The notes beneath the pieces were generated by a model. The model was not told the origin of the DNA, searched no databases, and was given only the letters and a program-made list of their open reading frames with translations. From an uncultured Bacilli bacterium (GTDB lineage Bacteria; Bacillota_I; Bacilli_A; RF39; UBA660), in the NCBI GenBank assembly GCA_947598285.1, contig CANQFE010000002.1, positions 1-61,104 on the forward strand: a stretch of 61,104 nt of DNA, read 5' to 3'. How positions within the stretch are numbered: position 1 is the first letter of the stretch; the number at the start of each line of letters is the position of its first letter. Of the stretch, positions 10,032-20,314 are shown one piece after another. A program made the position numbers and the translations under genes.

Positions 10032-11102
10032 ATGAAAAATGAAAAAGTTTATTTTAGAAAAGATGGGCGTTACTATGCTCAGTATAAGAAAGGAGTGAAA
10101 GAAAATGGAAAAATATTTTATGGTTATATTTATGGTAAAACAAAAGAGGAAGTCTTAAATAAAAAAGAAAAGATGATAAATTCAAATTCAATTATTGATA
10201 AATCTTTATTTAGTGGAGATATTTTTAATTGGCTCAAAAGTATAAAAATATCTTGTAAAATATCTACTTATTCCAATTATGAATATACTTGTTATTCTCA
10301 TTTAATCCCTAACTTTGGTTTTTATAAACGAAGTCAAATCAATAGAAATATGATTGATGATTTTACACAGAAATTATTAAATAATGGTTTAGAATCAAAA
10401 ACAGTAAAAGATATTCTAATAGTTCTAAATCAAATTTTAAAATATGTGGGAATACATATAAATATTACAATGCCAAAAGTAAAGAAGAAAAAAATACAAA
10501 TTTTTTCAAAAGAAGAACAATTAAAATTTGAAAAATATCTTTCTCAAAATTTAAATGAAGATAGTTTAGGAATGTATTTAAGTTTATATACAGGACTTAG
10601 AATAGGTGAAATATGTGCTTTAAAATGGAAAAATATTGATTTAAAAGAAAATGTAATTCATGTTGAAAAAACTTTAATACGGGTTAAAAATTATGATAAA
10701 TTTATACCAAAAAAAACAGTGGTTATATTAGATGATCCAAAATCTTCGGCTTCAATTAGAGATATACCAATTCCTAGATTCTGTGTTTCCTTATTAAAAA
10801 AATATAAAAATGATGATGAAGTATTTCTTTTAACGGGAACAAAGGAATTTATTGAACCTCGAAGCTATGCAAATCATTTTAAAAATGTAATGAAAATTCT
10901 TCATATGGAAAAATATCATTTTCATATTTTAAGGCATACATTTGCAACAAGATGTGTTGAAAATAAAAGCAATATAAAAGCATTAAGTGAAATACTTGGT
11001 CATTCCAGTGTAAAAATCACATTAGAAAGATATGTACATCCTAGTTTTGATGAAAAAGTAAATATGATAAATCATTTAAGTCCATTAGTTACAATAGCAT
11101 AA
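10032..11102 (+). CDS. Tyrosine recombinase / phage- or Tn916-type integrase
   Basis: N-terminal arm-type DNA-binding motif (YFRKDGRYYAQYKKG...YGYIYGKTKEEV). Catalytic region LRIGEICALKW, HILRHTFATRC and LGHSSVKITLERYVH. Confidence 0.85.
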   Translation: MKNEKVYFRKDGRYYAQYKKGVKENGKIFYGYIYGKTKEEVLNKKEKMINSNSIIDKSLFSGDIFNWLKSIKISCKISTYSNYEYTCYSHLIPNFGFYKRSQINRNMIDDFTQKLLNNGLESKTVKDILIVLNQILKYVGIHINITMPKVKKKKIQIFSKEEQLKFEKYLSQNLNEDSLGMYLSLYTGLRIGEICALKWKNIDLKENVIHVEKTLIRVKNYDKFIPKKTVVILDDPKSSASIRDIPIPRFCVSLLKKYKNDDEVFLLTGTKEFIEPRSYANHFKNVMKILHMEKYHFHILRHTFATRCVENKSNIKALSEILGHSSVKITLERYVHPSFDEKVNMINHLSPLVTIA

Positions 11103-11103
11103 C

Positions 11104-11133
11104 AAAACTCAGCTCAAAATCGAACTGAGTTTT
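11104..11133 (+). terminator. Rho-independent terminator after the integrase
   Basis: AAAACTCAG (11104-11112) pairs with CTGAGTTTT (11125-11133). Confidence 0.7.
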
Positions 11134-11288
11134 ACTAAATTTATAGAGAGTATAAGTTCCTAAAGTTACTATCTACTTTAAATTCTTTATTTACTTTATA
11201 AAATTCTCATTGTGTTATATGTATTTCCTTTTTTCTATTCTTATTAAAAAGAAAAATATTATTAAAATTGATGCAGTGTGATATTTCT

Positions 11289-11355
11289 GTCAATTGACGT
11301 CTGGGGGGGGGGTAATTGATAAAATCATCATAAATAGGTATGGTGATTTTTTCAA
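11289..11355 (+). promoter_or_regulatory. Conserved promoter cassette, copy 1: palindrome/-35, poly-G spacer, extended -10, inverted repeat, SD
   Basis: GTCAATTGAC 11289-11298. TTGACG 11294-11299. G10 11303-11312. TGaTAAAAT with TAAAAT at 11320-11325. Inverted repeat AAAATCATCA (11321-11330) / TGGTGATTTT (11341-11350). GGTGAT Shine-Dalgarno. Near-identical cassettes occur at 27358 and 29683. Confidence 0.6.
11303..11312 (+). repeat. Homopolymeric G10 tract
   Basis: Ten consecutive G read directly from the sequence. Confidence 0.95.
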
Positions 11356-12723
11356 ATGAAATTACAAAGATTTAAAGAAAAAAATAAGAAGAAACAAAGA
11401 ATTATAGTATTTACCATAGCTTGTGTGTTATTAATCACAGGAGTTTTCTTGTATAAAACATTTGCAAGTTTTCAAGTGATCGAAAATGAAGATTTCATTA
11501 ATGGAGATATAAACGACCCAGGAGATATTTACTTTGCTTTTTATAAAGATAATGTGATCCAAAAAGATATGCCAAAAAAGAAAGATGGATATGTCTTAGA
11601 TGAAAGTAAAAGTTATTGTGGAGTCACAGGTGGAAATGACTCTGATATCAAAGTACATGTTACGGAAAATGATATGATTTTTGTAGAAGGAGTCACGACA
11701 TCAAGAACAAAATGTAATTTGTATTTTATAAAAGGAGCCTATATCTTAGGTAAAGGAGTTCCCTTAGCTTCAGAAGGAGAAGATGGACTTTATGAAGTTC
11801 CTCATGGAACAGAAGTTTCAGGAACAATCAATGATACAGGATTTCAACAAATTGAATATAGATATGCCGGAAAGAGTCCAAATAACTATATTAGATTTAA
11901 TGATGAAGATTGGCGGATCATCGGTTTAGTAAATGTATTGACAACCAATGGAACAGTAGAACAAAGAGTCAAGATTGTAAAAGATGATTCAATTGGAGAG
12001 TATAGTTGGGATAGTTCATTACCAAATGTGGATTTTGGATATGGAGTGAATGAATGGACTGAAGCGGACTTAAAAACGGAATTAAATGAGTATTATTTAA
12101 ATAGTACTTCTGGAACTTGTTATATAAATAACAATAATACTTCTCAGCCTTGTGACTTTACTCAAACAGGCATCAAAAATAATTATAAAGGTTTTATAGA
12201 AGAAGTTATTTGGAATACCGGAACAAATGGAGACACCAATTTTTCGTATCTAAACTCAACCAATCAAATTTATGAACTAGAAAGAAGTTCAAATTTAAGT
12301 GACCTATGTAAATCAGAAGAAAATGATTATAGGTGTAATGATGACGTACAGAGAAAGGCAAGTTGGCAAGGAAAAATAGGTTTAATGTATCCAAGCGATT
12401 TTGGTTATGCAACAATTGGTGTTGCTAATGGAGTTTCATGCAAAACTATGAATTTTGATAATTGGGAAAATAACAGTGATTGTTTTGATAACGATTGGTT
12501 ATTTATTAAAAATGGAGAACAATGGTTATTGACACCCAATTCTAATCCAACATATGGATATACTGTATATTATCAGACTTCGACGGGACGTTTAGGGTAT
12601 CATCCGGCTTATTTTCCTAAAAATGTTAAGCCCACCTTTTATTTAAAACCAAATGTAAAAATTATTAGTGAAGGAGATGGTAGTGAAGATAATCCATTTC
12701 AACTAGTTCAAATTTTAAAATGA
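11356..12723 (+). CDS. Secreted/surface protein paralog A (N-module A + C-module X)
   Basis: N-terminal basic region plus hydrophobic segment (IIVFTIACVLLITGVFLYKTFASFQV). N-terminal ~127 aa closely match ORF 29749. The C-terminal ~310 aa match ORF 27424 (EYRYAGKSPNNYIRFNDEDWRIIGLVNVL, YPSDFGYA, PTFYLKPNVKI). Confidence 0.85.
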   Translation: MKLQRFKEKNKKKQRIIVFTIACVLLITGVFLYKTFASFQVIENEDFINGDINDPGDIYFAFYKDNVIQKDMPKKKDGYVLDESKSYCGVTGGNDSDIKVHVTENDMIFVEGVTTSRTKCNLYFIKGAYILGKGVPLASEGEDGLYEVPHGTEVSGTINDTGFQQIEYRYAGKSPNNYIRFNDEDWRIIGLVNVLTTNGTVEQRVKIVKDDSIGEYSWDSSLPNVDFGYGVNEWTEADLKTELNEYYLNSTSGTCYINNNNTSQPCDFTQTGIKNNYKGFIEEVIWNTGTNGDTNFSYLNSTNQIYELERSSNLSDLCKSEENDYRCNDDVQRKASWQGKIGLMYPSDFGYATIGVANGVSCKTMNFDNWENNSDCFDNDWLFIKNGEQWLLTPNSNPTYGYTVYYQTSTGRLGYHPAYFPKNVKPTFYLKPNVKIISEGDGSEDNPFQLVQILK

Positions 12724-12874
12724 TTATATACGAAATATAGAAAATTTCTTTAAGATAATAATTGATTGAAAATATAAAATATTGGAAAGGCAATAAATCA
12801 CTTATTTTCTTTTCTTGATGTATTTTTTCTAGTATTTTTGTTTATTCTATGGTATTCTTGAATAGGTGATAATA

Positions 12875-13927
12875 ATGCAAACTGTAAAAAAGTATAGTTG
12901 GTCTGTTTGTTTATTTTTAATTTTACTTTTTGGAACTTATTATTTTGTTTTAAAAGATTATTCGATTCAAACTTTTTTTGATTCTGTTTCTCATTGTCAT
13001 TTTTTCTTTTTATTTTTGGCTTTTCTTGCATTATTTGGTTATTGCTTTTTTGCAGCAGTTTATTTTAAAAGAATTTTAAAATATTTTGGAAAAAAGATTA
13101 ATTGGTATCAAGCTTTTGGGTATCATTTTACCGAAGTTTATTTTTCAGCGATTACGCCAAGTAGTATTGGAGGACAGCCTGTACAAATGGTAGAGATGAA
13201 TAAAGATCATATTCCTTATCGAATCAGTACAGTTTTAATTTTATTAAATACTCTTATTTATAAAATTGCTTTACTTACTGTCGCGGTGATTGGTTTTGTT
13301 TTTTGCTCTCATTTATTATTTTCGCAAAATGCTTTGTTTGTTTGGCTTTTTCTTTTAGGTTTTATTACAACGGTTTTCTTGATTCTTTTTTTTCTTGCTT
13401 TAGTTTATTCAAAAAAATTAGTTCGAAAGACTGCTGATCTTTTATTTCGATTAGGAAGAAAGTTAAAACTTAAAAAAATAGATGATTGGCAAGCGAAGTT
13501 TGAAGAAGCTTTTCAAGGATATCAGGAATGTGCCAAGTTGACCAAACAAAATCCTCGGATTTTACTAGAAGCATATCTTATTTTGCTTTGCCAAAGAGTT
13601 TGTTTACTTTCTATTTGTTATTTTATTTATTTATCTTTTGGACTTCGTGAGTTTAATATTATTCAAATTTTAGCTTTTCAATCTTGTATTACTTTGGCAA
13701 GTGATTTTATGCCTTTTCCAGGTGGTTTAGTTGTGAGCGAAGGATTATTATTACAAATTAATCAATTTATTTATGGATCTTCTTTAGCAACATCGGCTAT
13801 GATTTTATTTCGAAGTGTTAGTTTCTATTTTATTGTTATTTTCAGTGGTATTTTCTATCTATTTTTTCATTTTATGAAACGTAAAAAAGCAAATGATTTT
13901 GAAATAGAAGGGAAAGAAGAAGTGTGA
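12875..13927 (+). CDS. UPF0104 / MprF-flippase-like (lysylphosphatidylglycerol synthase TM region family) membrane protein
   Basis: Multi-pass hydrophobic protein with YFSAITPSSIGGQPVQ, typical of this family. AGGTGA RBS before ATG 12875 (ORF track start 12866). Confidence 0.75.
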   Translation: MQTVKKYSWSVCLFLILLFGTYYFVLKDYSIQTFFDSVSHCHFFFLFLAFLALFGYCFFAAVYFKRILKYFGKKINWYQAFGYHFTEVYFSAITPSSIGGQPVQMVEMNKDHIPYRISTVLILLNTLIYKIALLTVAVIGFVFCSHLLFSQNALFVWLFLLGFITTVFLILFFLALVYSKKLVRKTADLLFRLGRKLKLKKIDDWQAKFEEAFQGYQECAKLTKQNPRILLEAYLILLCQRVCLLSICYFIYLSFGLREFNIIQILAFQSCITLASDFMPFPGGLVVSEGLLLQINQFIYGSSLATSAMILFRSVSFYFIVIFSGIFYLFFHFMKRKKANDFEIEGKEEV

Positions 13928-14301
13928 AGAAGGGATTTACATTAATAGAACTTATTATTACCATTGGTTTAATCGCGGCTGTCGGAACTATTGTTGTCGC
14001 GAATATGAGCAGTACTTTAAGTAGGGAGCAAGATACTCAATATCAAATGTTTGTCAAAAAGTTAGAGAATGCCGCTTGTACTTATGTGGAATTAAAAGTA
14101 TTTCAAGAAACTTATGGGGTAAATCAAAAAGAAACTTGTAAAAATTCATCTTGTACAATAAAAGTAAAAGATCTTTTAGATTCTGGTTTAATAGAAGAGA
14201 AAGATTTAAAGGATCCTAAAATTCAAGATTACATTTCTTCTAATACTTCAATTCGAATTAGTTATCCTGGACAAGTGAAAACGTGCACCTATCAAGGATA
14301 A
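13924..14301 (+). CDS. Type IV prepilin / pseudopilin
   Basis: MKKG|FTLIELIITIGLIAAVG is a prepilin cleavage/methylation motif with Glu at +5. The GTG start overlaps the upstream TGA (GTGA). Confidence 0.85.
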   Translation: MKKGFTLIELIITIGLIAAVGTIVVANMSSTLSREQDTQYQMFVKKLENAACTYVELKVFQETYGVNQKETCKNSSCTIKVKDLLDSGLIEEKDLKDPKIQDYISSNTSIRISYPGQVKTCTYQG

Positions 14302-14369
14302 AATTTGCTTGTGTTTTCTTTCGTTACCTGTTATAATGATAAAGATTCAAGTTGGGAGGATTATGTTAT

Positions 14370-14504
14370 ATGAAAGTTTATAAAAAGAACTTACCAGATG
14401 ATGTCAGAAAAATGTTTGCTTTAGAAAAAGGAGTTAAAGTAAAATATTTAAATTCTAAGTATTATGGTAAGAATGCCAAAAAGAAAAAGCAAGAGTCTAA
14501 ATAG
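14370..14504 (+). CDS. Small Lys-rich ORF (44 aa, MKVYKKNLPDDVRKMFALEKGVKVKYLNSKYYGKNAKKKKQESK)
   Basis: GGGAGGA RBS, upstream TGtTATAAT extended -10 and a downstream hairpin plus T7. Not in the ORF track (under 60 aa). Function unknown. Confidence 0.3.
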   Translation: MKVYKKNLPDDVRKMFALEKGVKVKYLNSKYYGKNAKKKKQESK

Positions 14505-14568
14505 ATTCTTTTTTTGATACTTTTTCTTTTCACTTGAAAAGTGATGGACAATATGTTATATTGAATAC

Positions 14569-14691
14569 AGATGAAGGAAACTTCATAAAATAAAAAAAGG
14601 AAGGCATTCGTGCTCACATGCTAATGCCTGCCTAATATTTTAAGGTTTGGCATTTAATCTTTTAAATAAAGATTAAGTGCCATTTTCATTT
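14569..14691 (+). ncRNA. Candidate antisense small RNA (type I antitoxin-like), copy 1
   Basis: Promoter TTGAAA (14534-14539)-17 nt-TATATT (14557-14562) with TG at -15/-14. 5' hairpin ATGAAG-GAAA-CTTCAT (14571-14586). Hairpin AGGCATT/AATGCCT (14602-14629). Terminator hairpin 14649-14681 plus a U-rich tail. The architecture is conserved at 29372-29489. Confidence 0.45.
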
Positions 14692-14790
14692 GTAGATTGC
14701 CCAAATAATGGTCAAAATACAAATCATGATGAAAAAGATAATCAAGGTGATATATTTCATAAGTTGTAGAATAAAAAATCTTTTACTCAT
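14686..14790 (-). CDS. Small hydrophobic peptide, type I toxin-like (34 aa, MSKRFFILQLMKYITLIIFFIMICILTIIWAIYK)
   Basis: GGAG RBS 8 nt upstream of the ATG. Minus-strand promoter TTGATT (14889-14884)-18 nt-TGtTATGAT (-10 at 14865-14860). Minus-strand terminator formed by hairpin 14602-14629 followed by a U-run. Paralog at 29483-29566. Confidence 0.45.
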   Translation of the reverse strand: MSKRFFILQLMKYITLIIFFIMICILTIIWAIYK

Positions 14791-14979
14791 AAAGACCACT
14801 CCTTTCTAAAAAAAGATGAGAAGTGGTAGGCACTAGCCACGAATGACTTCCATAAAATAATCATAACACACTTAAAAGAAATAAATCAATAGTAAAATAA
14901 TAATTACCAACATGTCAATTGATTTTGAGGTTGTTTTAAAATGTTTCTATTTTTTATGTTTCTATTTTTTAAAATTTTA

Positions 14980-15006
14980 TTAGCAATTAGGTATTGACAG
15001 TGCTAA
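14980..15006 (+). promoter_or_regulatory. CIRCE operator 1 (HrcA binding site)
   Basis: TTAGCAATT-N9-CAGTGCTAA versus consensus TTAGCACTC-N9-GAGTGCTAA. Confidence 0.7.
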
Positions 15007-15022
15007 TTCTTCATATTATAAT
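14994..15022 (+). promoter_or_regulatory. SigA-type promoter of the hrcA operon
   Basis: TTGACA (14994-14999)-17 nt-TATAAT (15017-15022). The -35 is embedded in CIRCE 1. Confidence 0.7.
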
Positions 15023-15026
15023 ACTG

Positions 15027-15053
15027 GTAGCATTTGAAATAAAAAAGTGCTAA
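15027..15053 (+). promoter_or_regulatory. CIRCE operator 2 (degenerate left arm)
   Basis: GTAGCATTT-N9-AAGTGCTAA, located between the -10 and the hrcA start. Confidence 0.6.
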
Positions 15054-15066
15054 AAGGAAGTGAATT

Positions 15067-16073
15067 ATGAGCGAAAGACAAAAGAAGCTTTTAAAGGAGA
15101 TTGTAGAATCATATATCGCAACAGCAAAACCAGTGGGAAGTAAATCTCTTTGTAAAAAGTTATCCTGTTCTTCTGCCACGATTCGAAATGAAATGGCTTA
15201 TTTAGAAGAATTAGGCTATTTGGAAAAAAATCATATTTCTTCAGGCCGTATTCCTTCAGAAGCAGGTTATAAATATTATGTGGCTCATTTAATGAAGCCA
15301 AAGGAATTATCCGAAAGTGACGCTTATAAATTACAAACGATTTTTCGAAATCAAGAACTTGCTTTATCTGATGCGATGGAAGCTTGTATGGAAATTATTA
15401 GTGAAATCACAAATTATACTAGTATTGTTTTAGGAAAAAGTAGTGAAGAAAATGCTTTACAACAGGTTAGTATTATTCCTTTAAAAGATGGGGATATTAT
15501 TGCGCTTGTTTGTACGGATAAGGGTATTGTTCAAAATAGAAGGTTTTCTTTACCAAATACAATTTCTATTCAAGAAGTAGTAAAAACTTGTGAAATTATT
15601 AATAAAATGTTAATTGGGACGCCAATTAATGAAGTGTCAACTCGTTTAGAGTATGAGATTAAACCAGTTATTGCGGAAAAGATTAATCAATATGAAACGA
15701 TTTTCTCTATTTTTACGCAGACATTTCAAGATTTTGCTAGTAAATCAAATGAAACTGTTCATGTGAGTGGCAAAAATTTACTTTTAAAAGAACCAGAATA
15801 TGATAATGTTGATGAAATTCGTAATATTATGGAAAAGTTTGAAGATCGGAGTTTAATTGAAAAAATAGATTCAACTGGCCATGATGGAGGAGTAAATATT
15901 TATATTGGAGAAGAAAGTGAATTTGATTCTAATGTAACAGTGATTAAAACTACTTATAAAAGAAATGGCGAAGAAGGGACAATCGCAATTATTGGTCCAA
16001 AGAGAATGGAATATGACCGAGTTGTTGGACTTTTAACATTTATTAATAAAGAATTAAATAAGGAGGAAGAATA

Positions 16074-16074
<1 letters not shown>
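15067..16074 (+). CDS. hrcA: Heat-inducible transcription repressor HrcA
   Basis: MSERQKKLLKEIVESYIATAKPVGSKSL N-terminal winged-helix signature. Position upstream of grpE-dnaK. Confidence 0.95.
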
Positions 16075-18450
<2,376 letters not shown>

Positions 18451-18454
18451 AAAT

Positions 18455-18480
18455 AAGTTCTAGGTGACTAGAACTTTTCC
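18455..18480 (+). terminator. Hairpin terminator or attenuator after dnaK
   Basis: AAGTTCTAG-GTGA-CTAGAACTT followed by TTTT. Confidence 0.6.
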
Positions 18481-18499
18481 GTGATTAGAGGGAGGATTT

Positions 18500-20314
18500 A
18501 TGGAAAAACTTAAAGAAAGAAAAGAATTAGATCCAAAAGATTGCTGGGATTTAACCAAAGTTATCCAAGATGAAAAAGAGTATCAAAAACTAATTCAAGA
18601 AGCGAAAGAATGCAATTTAAAAATTGTTCATATGAAAGGACATATTTTAAATAACGCCTCTTCTTTACAAGAATATTTAGAACTATCGGAAAAAGAATCT
18701 CGTATTTTAGGTCGTCTTCAAGTTTATACTAAATTTTTATTCGATGAAGATCAAAGAAATAATGAAAGTAAAGCAAAGTTATTAGAAATTTCTAGTTTGA
18801 TTAATGAGCTTAGTGAACAAGAATCTTTTATTGTTTCTGAATTTATGGAAAAAGATCTTTCAGATGTTTTAAAATTTTTAGAAGAAAAGGAAGAATTAAA
18901 GAAATATCGCCTTTATTTTGAAAGATTATATAAAGATAAAAAAAGAATTTTAAGTGAAAAAGAAGAAGCGATTATTGCTAAAGCTACTAGCGCTTTTGGA
19001 ACACCTGAAGAAGCTTTTGAAGCTTTAGATACAGCTGATGCCTCTTTTGGTAAGATTCAATTATCTGCAAGAAAAAAAGTTGAACTTACACAATATAATT
19101 ATTCGGTATTATTAAGTCATGAAAAGCAACAAGTAAGAAAAGATACTTTTCAAACGTTTTATCGTTTTTATGAAAATCACAAGCATACTTTTGCATCATG
19201 TTTAAAAGGAAATTATCAGGAACTTGAATTTTTAAGAAAGATTCGGTCTTATTCAAGTGCTTTAGAGATGGCTTTAGATAGTATTTCAGTCACTCCTAAT
19301 GTTTATCAAAATTTAATTGCTTCAGTAAATCAATATATGGATCTTAATGTAGAGTATCAAAAAATAAAACATCAGTTACTTAATGTCAAAGAGTATCATT
19401 TATATGATACTTATGTTCCAGTTGTTAAAAAACCAAAGGAAAAGTATACAAAAGAGGAAGCTCATGATTTAATAGTTCAAGCTTTACAACCTCTCGGTGA
19501 AGATTATCTTGCTCATTTTGAAGCCATTTTACAAGGTCATACAGTTGATTTTTATTCCAATGTTGGAAAATATACTGGAGCTTATCATTGGGGTTGTTAT
19601 GATTCTCCTAGTTATGTGCTTTTAAATTTTGATGGGACTTTTGATGAGGTTAGTACATTTGCTCATGAAATGGGCCATGCAGTTCATTCAATGTATTCTA
19701 AAGAAAATAATCCTTATCTTTATAGTTCTTATGAAATTTTCTTAGCTGAAATTGCATCAACTGTAAATGAAACATTTCTTTGCTTTTATCAGTTAGATCA
19801 TGCTAAGAAAAAGAATGAAAAAATTTATTATTTATGTGAATTTTTAGATAGAGTAAAAGCAACAATTTATCGCCAAACTATGTTTGCAGAATTTGAAAGA
19901 ATCATGAGTGAAAAAATGCAAAAGAAAGAAAGTTTGACGGAAGAAGTATTTAGTGAAGTTTACTATCAATTAAATCAACAATATTTTAAAGATTCGGTTA
20001 TTATTGATCCAGAAATTCGTTATGAATGGATGAGAATTCCGCATTTTTATACTCCTTTTTATGTTTATCAGTATGCAACAGGACTTATCAGTGCGTTATG
20101 TATTGTGAAAAATATTTTAAGTGGTGAAAAGGATGCCAGAGAAAAGTACTTACGTTTCTTAAAAGGCGGGGATAGTAAAGATGTTTTAGATCTTTTAAAA
20201 GATGTGGGTGTTGATTTAACAACGAAAAAACCATTTGAACAAGCATTTTCTCTCATTCAAGAACGTTTAGATGAGTTAAAAAAATTAGTTTTAGAAGGTG
20301 GTGAATCACTTTGA
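18500..20314 (+). CDS. pepF: Oligoendopeptidase F (M3B)
   Basis: Zinc motif [11 protein letters not shown], ~600 aa, overall M3B-like layout. Confidence 0.9.
   Translation: MEKLKERKELDPKDCWDLTKVIQDEKEYQKLIQEAKECNLKIVHMKGHILNNASSLQEYLELSEKESRILGRLQVYTKFLFDEDQRNNESKAKLLEISSLINELSEQESFIVSEFMEKDLSDVLKFLEEKEELKKYRLYFERLYKDKKRILSEKEEAIIAKATSAFGTPEEAFEALDTADASFGKIQLSARKKVELTQYNYSVLLSHEKQQVRKDTFQTFYRFYENHKHTFASCLKGNYQELEFLRKIRSYSSALEMALDSISVTPNVYQNLIASVNQYMDLNVEYQKIKHQLLNVKEYHLYDTYVPVVKKPKEKYTKEEAHDLIVQALQPLGEDYLAHFEAILQGHTVDFYSNVGKYTGAYHWGCYDSPSYVLLNFDGTFDEVSTFAHEMGHAVHSMYSKENNPYLYSSYEIFLAEIASTVNETFLCFYQLDHAKKKNEKIYYLCEFLDRVKATIYRQTMFAEFERIMSEKMQKKESLTEEVFSEVYYQLNQQYFKDSVIIDPEIRYEWMRIPHFYTPFYVYQYATGLISALCIVKNILSGEKDAREKYLRFLKGGDSKDVLDLLKDVGVDLTTKKPFEQAFSLIQERLDELKKLVLEGGESL

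Noticed and set aside
11321-11350. The cassette hairpin plus T-run as a transcriptional attenuator or SD-sequestering RNA structure
   Set aside because: The left arm coincides with the predicted -10 hexamer, so it would lie upstream of the TSS and be absent from the mRNA. It is kept only as a possible DNA operator.
14941-14970. Tandem 15-bp duplication ATGTTTCTATTTTTT x2
   Set aside because: It has only two copies, in AT-rich intergenic DNA between the orphan toxin module and CIRCE, with no associated ORF or structure. It is most likely a simple slippage duplication.
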